Source: the human T2T-CHM13v2.0 reference genome, Homo sapiens
NCBI RefSeq assembly: GCF_009914755.1
Contig: NC_060936.1
Strand: one strand, 5' to 3'
DNA length: 64,000 nucleotides
Numbering within the stretch: the stretch's first letter is position 1; each line of letters starts with the position of its first letter. Both the position numbers and the translations under genes were made by a program. The notes beneath the pieces were generated by a model, which ran no database searches, was not told where the DNA came from, and saw nothing but the letters and a program-made list of their open reading frames with translations. Of this stretch, positions 1 through 14,676 are shown in pieces.

Positions 1-96
1 GGGAGGAGAGAGGAGTGGAGAGGAGGGGAAGGGAGGGGAGGGGAGGGGAGGGGAGGGGAGGGAAGGGAAGGGAAGGAAAGGGAAGGGAAGGGAAGG
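1..96. repeat. Purine-only simple repeat (GGAGG/GGAAG)n
   Basis: Run of ggagg/ggaag pentamers, almost entirely G/A. Confidence 0.9.
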
Positions 97-999
97 ATCC
101 CTCTGGCATTAATCCGTCTTAGTCCCAATCCCAAATTCCCAGGATAAAGACTCTACATGGGGAGGTGTTTCCCCTTTAGCTAATTTGCTATGAATAGGGA
201 AAGTGGGACCTCACTGGACACATGTGGCCAGTGGGTACACATCCAGGGACCCTGTGGATCAGAGAGGTGCGAGAAGCAGTGTTCAAGAAGATGGGAATGA
301 ATGTGAGCTGTGCGAGATCTCATAAACTCACTGTGGCAATGATAGATCCTGGACCCTAAAAATAGAAAGAATGCATTCTCTAAAAGCTGAGAAATTTGGC
401 CAAGGAAGGAATTGGGGTCCATCCTACATGGAAGCCAGTAATGGGGATGGGAGAGTTAAGCCAAACCCATGAACTTTAAAAAGCATCCAACTTCTACTCA
501 GTAGTCATTGAAATGGTCTCCATAAAGCTCCGAGGCAAAATTATAGATCATCATTTTAATTGAGTGAAATTGGCTATACATTAATATTCATGATTATTAG
601 AGCAGCTAATTTTCCTCTTTATAGAAAGTGAGTGGGGGATCATTTCAGCTGCTACTTACTTTTCCTCCCTTTGATTTCTGCGGAGGAGGTGAAAGAATAA
701 AACACACAGCACTTGGAATCAGCCATCAATTTTGGAATGTTGGGTAATTATCAAGGATTTTTTAAATTGCTTTGACCTCTTAGAGGGACTGCGTAGAAGC
801 ATTCTATGAATATTAAAAAAAAAATGCACCTGCTAGCCTCCAGGCCTGGTCCCTTTGGCCAAATAAGGGCAGGTGACTTAAATGACATAAGCACCCCATC
901 CACTCCACTGCCCCACCAACCCACCAAGGATGAAAATAACAACAACAATAACAATAATAACAGTCATCAGAGCCCATGCTGGGTGCAGCCAAGATGGGA

Positions 1000-2335
1000 T
1001 GAGAGTGCACAGGTAGGGTGACAAGGGTGTCCATGCATGGAAGGGGTGGCAGCTGAAACAGGAGAATCGTTACATTGACCACTGAGTATAAATGGATTTC
1101 TCACTGTCAGAGAAAGGAGTCACAAATGTGGAAAGGAAGAGAACCAGAATGAGCTCTATGGTGATGGATTGGAGTCAGAGGTGTATTAACGTGACTTTCT
1201 GGTTTCCAATATGGAGAAAAAAATCTAATAAATATAGATGTAAACATGTTTGTACATGTGTATATCTACATACACATACATGTGTGCACACACACATGTA
1301 CTCCCTAGATTTGCACATTAAGAGGACCTGGAATCAGTGCTGCCCTAATAGCTATAAACATACTTTACACCAATATCTTTGTTTCCAGATATTCTCCACT
1401 AAATTGAATCAAGGCACTTTAGGGAAATGGCTGATTCCAAGGCTGGCTCCAGGAAAAAACAAGATAACTGGAACATCTTGTGCCAGAAAGCAAGAAAACA
1501 TTCAAAGTATCATAGGGGTCACATCAAGGGACACAGACACCAGCTTGAAGTGGCTCTCACCAGCCAAAAATGACGTGATTTGAGAATCAAAATAAATGAG
1601 AATAGTAATGAATTACAGCCCACTCAAAAAACTAGCATGGAATGAGTTCATACTGATATAAATAAATGAATGAATAAAGTAAATGTTTGATACTGAATAG
1701 GATATTTACATAATTTCAAAGACCCTCCCCACAAAAAATACTGCGAAGACAGAAAGAGTAATTTTAGAGTGGAGAGAAGTCCCCTGTGGGGAGGGCCCCT
1801 CAATTAAGTGACCAGAGTGAATGCCAGCAGTAATCACATGCCATCCAACAGGGTTCCATGAGAAGGATGCCACGTCTTTCACATGCTATTCCTGCCCAAG
1901 ATGCATGACCTGAATCTATTCACCAGGGAGCATCAGACACACCCACACAGAGTGACATTCCACAAAATGCTGGCTGTCCCCTCCAAAAGCATCACGAGAG
2001 TCCAAGAGAGACTGAGGAACACTCCAGACTGGAGGACATCCAAGAGACAGGACAGCTAAACACAACAGTAGATGCTGAACTGGATCCTTTCACTGGAAAG
2101 GACGTTATTGGCACAAATAGGAAACCGTGAATGGGGTCTGAGGATTAGATGGGTGTAATGTTGCAGGATTCATGTCCTGACCTAACAATTTTACCATGAT
2201 CACTAAGAGCATGTCCTTATTTTAAGGAAATAGACTCTACTGTATTCAGGGGTGACAGGGCATCGATTTGACAACTTATTTTGAAATGGCTTTGGAGGAA
2301 AAAAAAGTGATCTGTATTGAACTTGCAACTTTATA
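1000..2335 (+). mobile_element. Old L1 3' region (L1MC-like), fragmented
   Basis: Typical L1M 3' UTR segments (gaactggatcctttcactggaaaggacgttattgg; tgaacttgcaacttt); colinear with the copy at ~59900-61490. Confidence 0.65.
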
Positions 2336-2844
2336 ATAATGATCATAGTAACTGCTAATTTGAATGTCTACTATGCACAATGCACTTTTTACAACTCTGT
2401 TTCTACCTTATAATAACCTTACAAAATCATCCTAATATATTCCCATTTCATAGATGAGAAAACTGAGGTTCCAAGAAGTCAAGCATCATGCACAAGGTCA
2501 TTACTACTTTTATTCTACAAGTGTGGACTGTGTCTCTGGGGACTGTGCCAGACACTGGGCATATAGTGAGGAATAAAATAAGCATGTCCTTCTCCTAGTG
2601 AGGAATAAAATAAGCAGGAATTTTAAATCCAGGATGCGCTATGGGCAAGAACCAGGAAAACAAACAAGGAAATCATTCCTGGCAGGATGAGAGCCGTGAA
2701 CATACAAACACAAGGTTTTGGAGAAAGATGATATTGAGGAGCAGAGGATGAACCCAGTCTGTGAGCCTTTATGGGTCTTGGTAGAATTTGGATTTTATTC
2801 TAAATCAATGGGAAATCATGGTCATGATTTGTGCATGGAAATGA

Positions 2845-3169
<325 letters not shown>

Positions 3170-3706
3170 CTGATTTGTATTTTAAAGGAACTTCCTAGCT
3201 TCAGAGAGGGATTATCAGGGCAAGAAGAGACAATGTGGGGGCCAATGAGCTGCTAAGTGGCAGAGCCAGTTTTCCCCACCCCCAGGTCTCTCTGGCCTCA
3301 CTCTCTTGCCACTCCAGCAGGTACCCTGAGTGTCCTCCCCATCCCTCCACACTTACCTCATCTGGTTGCCCTAAGCAGGTCGGCATCGCCTGGAATTAAC
3401 ACTGCCTATGCGGCTGGGAAAGCATCTCTCCAGTGATGATTGTAGAAGTTGCTGGGTAAATACATATTTAGCAAAACGAGCCACTCCATAGTAGCCTCTG
3501 AGATTCCACATTGCAGAGAGATTAAGGGAGGAGGGGGTGGCTCTAGGATTAAATAAGATCTGGGTTCTAAGGCCCAGGTATGCCAGGTAGCGAGAGACAG
3601 AGGTGAGAAGCACATGGGCTCCTTAAACTAGAGCTGATAATGATTCTCCCCACTTTTCTTGTTTGAATGTCTTCCATTTTAAGTCCCCCCATCCTGTAGT
3701 CTACAC

Positions 3707-3911
3707 CAGCTTGTCCTACAGAACTTACTGTGATGATGGAAATATTCTATATCTATACTGTTCATTGTGACAGCCACTAGCCACATGGGGCTACTGAGGA
3801 CTTAAAATGCAGCTGGTGCAACTGAGACTGAATTTTTCATTTTATTTAATTGTAATTAATTTGAATGTAAATAGCCCCATGTGGCTAGTGGCTACCACAC
3901 TGGACAGCACA
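3707..3911. mobile_element. MER3-like hAT-Charlie DNA transposon
   Basis: gatgatggaaatattctatatct...agccactagccacatg...catgtggctagtggctacc internal inverted structure. Confidence 0.8.
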
Positions 3912-4924
3912 GGTCGGCACACTGGGGACAAAATGCTAAGACACAGTCCCCTGGAATGGACACCTTCACCCAGCTTCTCAGCTCTAAAGAGAAAGGCAGC
4001 CAGTGAAAGTAGCAAACCACAAACCCAAAGGTGACCTGACCTTTGCCATACGACATTTGCCCCTTGGCCCCCAGGATAATTGCCAGGTTTACCACCCCTT
4101 TGTCCTGTCTAAATGATGCTGTTTCCTTTCAAAGATGCACGCTTATTTTAATGAGAACATACAACGCTAAATTGCATTTCTCTTTCTTCTCTCCTGACAC
4201 AATTCTCCTTCTAATAAGATTTTCCCTGGCTAACCCATTTTCGCAGCAGCTATTCTAAAAAGCCATCTTCTGATTGAGCTATGACATACACAAGGCAGGT
4301 GAGAGAGCTTGAAGCACAAAGCCAGAGGGATATAGGTCTATTTTCTTACCTCCTTGGGGAAAGCCAGATAACATAATCAAGCCAAAGACTATTTTCCTAA
4401 CAACTGCTGTGAGGCCAGCTGACCGGCATTTGCCATGATCAGTCATAATGGATGATGTTGCCAGCAGACGGCATCTTGGCAATGGGAAAGGCAGACCCAG
4501 GCCCCACTCTTCTCTTGCAGGAACTTCTTTAGCCCTGAAAAATGAAAGCAGAGACCCATTTCTTGAGCAAAGACAAGCAGAATTTATTATCTAATATCAG
4601 ATTGTATGAGGAGCTTTCAGCCCAACTCGTGATCCGAAAGCTCTTAAAGTGGTGAGTGACAGGGACCCTTAGCGTAGATTTTTCATTCTCTTATTCCTTA
4701 TATTCATTATCAAGTGATGGCCTCTTTAGCTCCAAAATGTAATTGAATCCATTTCTTTCTCACCACCTCCACCACTACTACCCTTGCCCAAGCACCCAGA
4801 GTAACGGCATCAGGCGATTACTCTCAGTCTCTCACCCACAGGAATGAAATAACCTCCTCCAAGCTCTCCTTGCTTCCATTCTTGCCCTTAACACCCACCT
4901 TTCACACACCACCCAGAGTAACTG

Positions 4925-5260
4925 CACCAGGTAGGATAGGTCACATTATGCTGCAATAACAAATAATCCCCAAAAGTCAGTGACTTATAACAACCAGGGT
5001 TTACTTCTTGTTTATGCTCCATTCAGCTGGGACATCTGCTCCAAGTCCCTGCTTGCAAGATTCAACATTGGTGGTTGCCATGGCCCATGACAGAGGGAAA
5101 GAGTTCTGGAGCATCTTGCATCAGCAATGCAACGTTCCAGCCCGGAGGTGACATCTATTATTTCCACTCGCAACTCACTGGATAGGACTAGTCACATGAC
5201 CCTGCCCTATAATAAGAAGGCAGTAAGTGCAACCCTCTCCCATCTCCTGAATACAGAGAG
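4925..5260 (-). mobile_element. MLT1-family MaLR LTR (old)
   Basis: ttatgctgcaataacaaataatcccc...actagtcacatgacc pattern. Confidence 0.6.
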
Positions 5261-5685
5261 AATGTTGAACTGGAGGGGATCTAAGAGATAATCAAGTTCA
5301 ACCTGCTTGTTCCAGAAGCAAGGAAACTGAGGCTTAGAGAGGAGAGGGGTTTATCTGCAGTCACAGAGCAGGGTAAAACAAAAAAGCTTCTCTGCTCCAA
5401 ATTTATGTGCAGTCACAGAGCAGGGAACAACACAGAGCTTCACTCCAAATCCAAGTATTCTTTCATCCATCCATTAAATAGTAATAAAGGAACTACTATG
5501 TGCCAAGCATGGCTGGGAAGACAGAAATGAGCAAGACCCACCCGGCCCCTGCTCCCCAAGCTCACAGCTTGGCCAGAGAAGTGGATAACTAAACAGGCAA
5601 TTACAGCCCCCTGTGAAACATGCTGGGTGCGCATGGTGTCATAACACCACACAGAACTCTCTCTGAATGGCTCTCCAGTGAATTC

Positions 5686-6003
<318 letters not shown>

Positions 6004-6315
6004 TGAATTCTGTTTGTTATAAAAAGGTTATTGTTTTTGCCAACAGGGCAGGGCTGAGCTCAGAGCAGGGCTGAGCCAGGTTTCCCTTGTTTATAAAAAT
6101 GAAGGAATGATGTCTTGTGCACCCTAGCATCACGGGACAGATTTCTACTAATTTCCTGAGTATGGATGAGTCCACTCTCCCCTTGCGGGTAGGTGTTGGG
6201 GTGTAGAGGCAGCCATGTTGCATCCACCAGCATCCTTTGGTTGCAGGCAATGGATTGGCAGGAAATGTAATAGGTGCTCAGTAAGTACTTACTGGATGAA
6301 TAAAAAAAGAATGGC

Positions 6316-6652
6316 GGCCTGGCACAGTGGCTCACGCCTGTAATCCCAGCACTTTGGGAGGCCGAGGCAGGCGGATCACTTGGGGTCAGGAGTTCGAGAC
6401 CAGCCTGGCCAACGTGACAAAACCCGGTCTCTACGAAAAATACAAAAATTAGCTGGGCGTGGTAGCACATGCCTGTAATCCCAACTACTAGGGAGGCTGA
6501 GGCAGAAGAATTGCTTGAACCCGGGGTGGGGGGGGGGTGGTGGGGGGGGTGGGGGGGGTGCAGGTTGCATTGAGCCGAGATTGTGCCACTGCACTCCAGC
6601 CTGGGCAACAGAGCAAGACTCCATCAAAAAAAAACAAAACAAACAAAAAAAA
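6316..6652 (+). mobile_element. AluS with internal G-run expansion
   Basis: Full dimer, TSD agaatgg; poly-G block at 6523-6560. Confidence 0.95.
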
Positions 6653-7972
6653 CACAGAATGGAAGGAAAAGCTGAAACACCAGGCTCCAGAAAGGCAGGG
6701 GCAGGGCAGCTCGGGGAGGTGGAGGAAGAGAAAGGTGTATTAAGTGGCAGGAACCAACGGAATACATATGGGATGTTTGCCTTGGCATTAGTGAACTCCA
6801 ATCATTTTAGGTCTTTGTGCTCATGATCCAAATTCCTGGGAGATAGCCCCTGATTGGTCCAGCCCAGAGCCAATGCCCTGGTTTGCAGCAGATGCTGAGA
6901 CTCCCACAACCAGCCCCCTGCACAGGGGGGCGGTCCCCACTTCCAGCTTCCACCATCTGTGCTTCCTTGCCTGAGGGTACTCTTGCCCACATCCTCAACA
7001 GAAAGAGTTCTAAGGAAGCAGCATCCCCAGGAGCAGCCTTCAATCAATAACTCAGAGGACAGTACATGGTATATGAATACTCCACTCCCCATCTCAAATG
7101 GGAGAACCCTGAGGGGCATATTCTACACTGTCACCCTGAGCTCCTCAGTGGGATTAAATTACACTTGCCCACAGTGGAAATGGGCTTGATGATGCACCTT
7201 TTATCAGCTTCCTGCCCTTCCCTGTGTCACTTCTCTCCCCAACCCTGGTATCTGATATTGCCTCCCAAATAAACCACTTGCACTCAAGTCCTTGTTTTAG
7301 GATCTGCTTCCTAGGAGAGAGGTGGTGGGAGACCCAAACTAAGACACGATCCCTCTGATGCCACCTGTATTGGGGGGAGGAGAATTGTCCTAGGATAAAG
7401 CAGAGATTCTGATACCAAAATAGAAATCCTGGGTGTGCAGAATGACAAAGAGTCACATAAATACTTGTCACACAGGGTCACTGTGGGGATAAAGTAGCGT
7501 CTACTGCAGAGTGAGCCCTAATAGTTCACTCTGCCTCTCTGTTCCCCAAAGCATGTGTGAGGATGGCAGGTGAGTCCCGGTTTCTAAAAGAAAATGCTGG
7601 AGTCCATTGGCATCCCCCTGCCCCCCAATAAGCTGCCCCCGGTCCCCAGAGTCCCTGCATGCAGCAGCCTGACACGGCCCATCTTTGACTCCTTCTCCTC
7701 CAGGGCCAGGCTGTGACAAAGGTCAGGAGGCCGTGAAATTTCTCAGGGGAACAAATTTCCATTTCTGTCAACTGCATTTAGGCAGCTCCATCCAGAGAAA
7801 ATAAAAACAAAGGGTCACGCTCCTTCCCCAATTTGGCACACTGTCCATTTTCACGGGGAGTCCACACCAGGAATGGCAAGATAGTGAGTCCTGAGCACTG
7901 GTTAATCTAATATTTTACTTTACAGTTATTAGAATTATGAAAAGCCAGCATTTGTTGGATAGGCTGCCCTGA

Positions 7973-8395
<423 letters not shown>

Positions 8396-8895
8396 TAAAA
8401 GGTGGATTTTTTTTTTCTAAGCATCCTGAACAGAAGCCAGAGACCTGGACTTCTCTCAGCTCTGGTCACAAGGAGAGGAGAGCAGGGATGGAAGCCACAT
8501 TGAGAGTCCTGGGGTACCTGTGTGGTTGCCAATCCCAGTTGGGCCAATTACTATCTGTGTGTAACTTCAATGGTCCTCAGTTTCCCCACTTGTAAAATGA
8601 GGATACAAATAAAGTTGTCTGAGGATTGAATGAGAGTGAAGGCAAAGTGCCTCACATGCGGTAGGCATTCATTATGATGCAGAGTTTTCACACGTGGGGG
8701 TTATTTTGGCTTCTGACATCAGCGTCTTCCTTGTTTCTCTACAAGCCAATCAACACCCTTGCTTCAGGGCCACCTCCCCTGGGAAGCCCTCATTGACTTG
8801 ATTTTCTCAGCCTGCAATCATCTTTGTCACCTGTGAATCTCTGTACACTACTTAAGGCTCAACTATAAACTCTAGATAAGTCTCTAGATTAGGCT

Positions 8896-9474
8896 TGATA
8901 TAGGAGTTAAAAAGAAATTACTTAGGCAGATAGGGTACAGAAGTCCTCGGTAAGGTTTTCCTTTTAATGAAAATCAGCCCCAAATCATTTTCTTTTCTAA
9001 CAAAGAGCAGCCTGTAAAATCGAGCGGCAGACATAGATGCCGGCCGTTGTGCCAATCATGTTCAAGATGGTGGCTCCATCTCCCCTTCTCTTTGTCAGAC
9101 ACGTGTACAGTAAGGAGCAGACAAGATGGCGCCAGCCAAGGGGAGGGGCCATTTGCATAGTAAGATTAGAGTGGGTTGGGCAGCCTTCCCCAAATGCTAT
9201 GTAAACGTCACACCTGATCCAGCCAATCTGCGGTCCCTACCTAAATCAGACACCACCTCCACAAGCCTGCCTATAAAATCTGGCAAACTCCACTACAGGC
9301 GGGTCTTTCCTTTTGGAAGCCTCTCCCTCTCACTAGAGAGCTGTTCTGCTTTCTCTTTCTTTTGCCTACTAAACCTCTGCTCTTAAACTCCTCATGTGTG
9401 TCCGTGTCCTAAATGTTCTTGGCACAAGACAACGAATATCCCAAGTATTTACCCCAGACAAGGAAGTCACTTCA
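8896..9474 (+). mobile_element. Solo ERV1 LTR, LTR9-like (HUERS-P3 group)
   Basis: TG...CA ends, near 4-bp TSD (ggct/gtct), CCAAT boxes, TATAAAA at 9272; homologous to both LTR parts at 35934-36898. Confidence 0.85.
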
Positions 9475-9509
9475 GTCTCACCTCCCCAGCTAGACCAGAA
9501 GTGTCTCTG

Positions 9510-9822
9510 GAGCAGGGCTAGGATCGCGGGGGAGGCTCTAGGCAAGAATCTCTGTGCCTCTTTCAGGTTCTGGTGGCTCTGAGTCCTGTGGCTTGTGACT
9601 GCATCACTCTAATCTCTGTCTCCATATTCACATGGCCTTCTATCTCTTATAAGGACACTTATTTTTTAGGGCCCACCTCAGTAATCCAGGGTGATCTCAT
9701 TTCAAGATGCTTAATTTAATTACACCTAGAAAGGCCTTTTCTATAAGGTTGTTTTTACAAGTCCTGGGGGTTAGGACATGGACATACCTTTTTTCTCAGA
9801 GGGAAACACCATTCAACCTCTG
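9510..9822 (-). mobile_element. MLT1-family LTR fragment
   Basis: tcttataaggacac...gggcccacc...ggggttaggacatggacat...cattcaacc. Confidence 0.7.
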
Positions 9823-11015
9823 TGGCTCCTCATAGCATCTTAAACCTTTCCATCACTCCTCTAACCCCAGCTGGCAATTTTATATTTATTTGTGAAACTA
9901 TTTGGCAATGCCTGTATCCTTAGGAAGCTGCAGATAACAAGAGGACAAATTCCACATCTGCACTGCTCACCACTCTACCCCCAGCACACAGTAGGTGCCT
10001 AGAATGTGTTTGTGGAACAAACGGACAGCTGAGCCCGGAGCTCCTGGAGAATGCTTCTTGTCAAGGACACCATGCAGGCAGCCATGAGCAAGGCCTTCAG
10101 TGAGCAATGTGCTCAAGACTTTACGGCCTCGTAAATCCCATGGCTGGTGGCATGATTAGAACTAAGTAAAAATGCAAGCAATTTAATTTCCCAGTGCACA
10201 GCCTGCAGAGCCTTGTAAACTCACCCCCTAAACCAGTAGCCATAAACGTTTGATAAAACACCATGTGGCTTCCTGTTTCCCAGAAATAGTTCCTGGGCCC
10301 AAGGAAGAAGCGACATCCAGCCCCCACTTGAGGTTACGTGAGCACTGTAATTAATGTTTGATAGAGGGCTTCCTAATGGCCTGAGCTCTTGGTGGCCATA
10401 TCAATAATGATGACATTCACCCTGCCAACCTGCTGATGAGTCCAGTCCAGGGAGGAAAAGAAAGGAAAATCTTAGAAGCAGGCTTCAAACACATTACAGG
10501 GTAAAATTACGTGGCAGTGGATTTGTGCAATGCTCTGAGTTTTTCATCCCATATCCGTGTCTTTGATCTCACTTGATCCATGCATTGGGTCTGAGGGAAG
10601 AACAAAGCAGGAACTGCCAACTCTATTAAAGGGAAGAGGAAAAGTATAATAGCATCTGCCACAAAAGTAGCCAAGAAAGGGACCTTTCCCAAGTCATGCA
10701 GCTCATAAAAGCCTCGGGACCTGAACCGGGCTCTTGGGACCTCTGACTCTTTTCACACCATTAGTGGTAGTAGTGGGAAAGATACTACCATGGCAACCCT
10801 GCCTACACAGCAGCAGGAAGGAGGGAGGCCAACTTCCAAGAAGACCTTCCTGACCATGAATATTCTATGACACTAAATCATCTTACCTGGTAAGCTCACA
10901 GATTGCAAAATCCTCCTCTTCTGCAAGGTTTAGGAGAAGAGAACTTGTTTTAGGACTAACTGCAATCCTGGCCAGATGAAAGAGTCACCTGGAACTCCTT
11001 GATCCGTGGTAGAGA

Positions 11016-11175
11016 CCAGCACTTCTCAAATTTCAACGTGCACACAATCAGCTGGGGACCTTTTTCACATGAAGTTTCCATTTCAGTAGGTCTGGGGCAG
11101 GGCCTGAAATTCTCTTTCTAGCCAGCTCCCAGGTGATGCTGATGCTGCTGGTCTCTAGACCACATATGAGTGATA
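11016..11175. mobile_element. MER5A-like DNA transposon
   Basis: cagtaggtctggggcagggcctga...ctcccaggtgatgctgatgctgctggtc. Confidence 0.8.
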
Positions 11176-12646
11176 AGTGGTGAACAATCTACTAGGATGC
11201 TACACGCTTGGTAGCGTCATGGTTGGGTAAAAGTCCTTCTTGTGTAGCATTGGGTTTGAGTCACTCAGAGAAGCACTGTTGATACAGTGCCCTCCTCCTC
11301 AGATGATTCATACTCAGGGACTTTGGGCAAATGGCCCCCATCTTCTCAAGGCTCAGTTTTCTCATCTGTAAAATGCAGAGTTGGGCAGAAGATGCATAAG
11401 ATCTGAGCTTTTGTCTGGCCCTAACATCCCAGGACTCTAGAATTGAAAACCATGGAGAGCCCCTGAGCTACTTCATAAGATCCATCCATAAGATCCCAGC
11501 CTGGCCCTGGAGGTGAACGTCCATTCTTCATGTCTGCTCAGCGCCCACTCCCCAGTCCTCTGGCTTCAGGGCCCCATTTCCTGTGCAGCACCTCTACCTC
11601 TCTTACTTGGTGGTGTTTGGATGGGGCTAACCCTCCTCTCAACTCCAAGGTGAGCACATGTCCCAGGCATAGTCAGTCAATCAGAGTGGTTCAGGGGTGA
11701 GCATGTGACTCAAGCTAAGTCAATGAAATTCAGCCATGAGACTTTTGCTAGAACATCTGCAGAGAAAGTGCTCCCTTTCTGCCAGTGTTGCTAAGCTGGT
11801 AGGATAAAGATCTGATACAACTGGTGATCATCTTCACCATCATGTGGGGAGAGGCTGCCTGAGAGCACAGGTCAACCTAGAGGAAGGCAGAGATCAGAGA
11901 CAGAGACTGAGTCACAATGCCATCTGATGGACACCTGGATTCAGCCATGCCTGAAGCCAGCACCCTAGATTTTTCAGCCCCTTGAGCCAGAAAATTATCT
12001 TACTTCAGCCAATTTGAGCTGAGTTTCTAGGGCTTTCACTCAAAAGAATTCTGATTCACACACTCTGGATTCTGTCCCTAAAATGAAGACAGGAAATTAG
12101 AGGAAAATCGTTTATGCTCAGACACACAAGGACATTATTGGCTTCAATAAATTCCAGAATGTCAGGGCCGGCAGAGGCACCTCATTTTACAGAGGAAGAA
12201 ACGGGGGCCAAGAGAGTGACCTTCCCATGAATACCCAATACAGGGGCCAAACCAGGACTTATAACCCACATCAGATTTCTTTTCCTTACATGCAGGCAAC
12301 AAACGTATCCAGGTAGATGACCTGACTTAAGGGAAAACAGTACTCCCCAAACACATACCAGACCAAAATGACCTCCCCACTTCTCATCACACTACCTGAA
12401 ATGCCACCATTAGAGACTTATCCCACACTGTCTGCTGCCTCCAAGATGCATCTAACAAATGTAGAAACCCAGGGAAGGAATTTACTGTTTAAGCTTATTT
12501 ATAGAATTATACAGTAAGAGTTGTTGTGAATGATCATTGGGTAACTTTACAGATGGGGAAACTGAGGCTAGGAAAGGAAATGTGACTCATCTTCCCACTT
12601 TCATAGAGAGATCTGTCTACAGTGGTCTGAAAGCAAAGCTGCCATG

Positions 12647-13301
<655 letters not shown>

Positions 13302-13375
13302 TGAGTCTTTGGGAAGGACACCCAAGGAGAAGAGGGAGGTGGGAAGAGCCCAGGGCCAAAGGATGCTGACTTCCC

Positions 13376-13781
<406 letters not shown>

Positions 13782-14334
13782 TAGAGAACTGGCAAGCTCT
13801 GTTCACTCTTTCTCTGTAGTGAGAAGGGAAGAGAACCTCATATTTTGCCCAGAAGGTACAGTTGTTGACATCTCTTTATATTATTAGAGAAAATGCCCAG
13901 CCAAGAAATAAACCACCAGTTTTATTTACAGTATATTTCCCAGAACTCAGAGAAACATTGTGCTTTTTTACGTAGGCCTAAAAGCAAAGTGTAATTTATG
14001 ACAATACATCAAACTTTACAGTACATAAAACTCTCCCTACCTTATAAAAACATATAAAGAATTGCTCACTCTTTACATAAATTACTTAAGAACATCCTGG
14101 GTTTACACATCATGTTGAAAGAATTCACATTACGGGGAAGAGCTATTGCTACCAGTGGCGATTTTTGCAGTGGTTTAGGGAACAATTAGAATGGGAAACA
14201 CAGAAATTGTAACAAAGTACTCTATGGGAAAGAAACTCATCCCAGAACGGCTTGGTGTAGATGAAATTAGTCACTTCCTTATTGAACTTCAGCTTTTCAA
14301 GCTCTGCAACAAAACCAAGGACAATATTTTAAAC

Positions 14335-14676
14335 CAGGGGTCCTAACCCCCAGGCCATGGACCGGGACCGGTATCAGTCCGTGGCCTGTTAGGAACCAGG
14401 CTGCACAGCAGGAGGTGAGTGGTGGGTGAGTCAGCATTACCTCCTGGGTTCCGCCTCCTGTCAGATCAGCAGCGGCATTAGATTCTCAGAGGAGCGTGAA
14501 CCCTATTGTGAACTGCGCATGCGAGGGATCTAGGTTGTGTATGCCTCATGAGAATCTAATCATTTTCATCATTTTCATCCCGAAACCATGCCCACCCCCA
14601 ACCCCACCCACCGTCCGTGGAAAAATTGTCTTCCACAAAACCAGTCCCTGGTGCCAAAAAGGTTGGGGACTACTGC
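14335..14676 (+). mobile_element. MER1B-like hAT-Charlie element
   Basis: caggggtcc...ggttggggactactg termini with typical MER1 internal sequence. Confidence 0.85.

Noticed and set aside
1092-1583. 163-aa ORF
   Set aside because: Lies in an old L1 3' UTR with CA/TA low complexity; no domain or splice support.
6060-6826. 182-, 141- and 103-aa ORFs with poly-Pro/poly-Gly
   Set aside because: Alu-derived frames crossing the G-run; the same applies to the many LECSG/PASASQ ORFs, e.g. 59551-60084.
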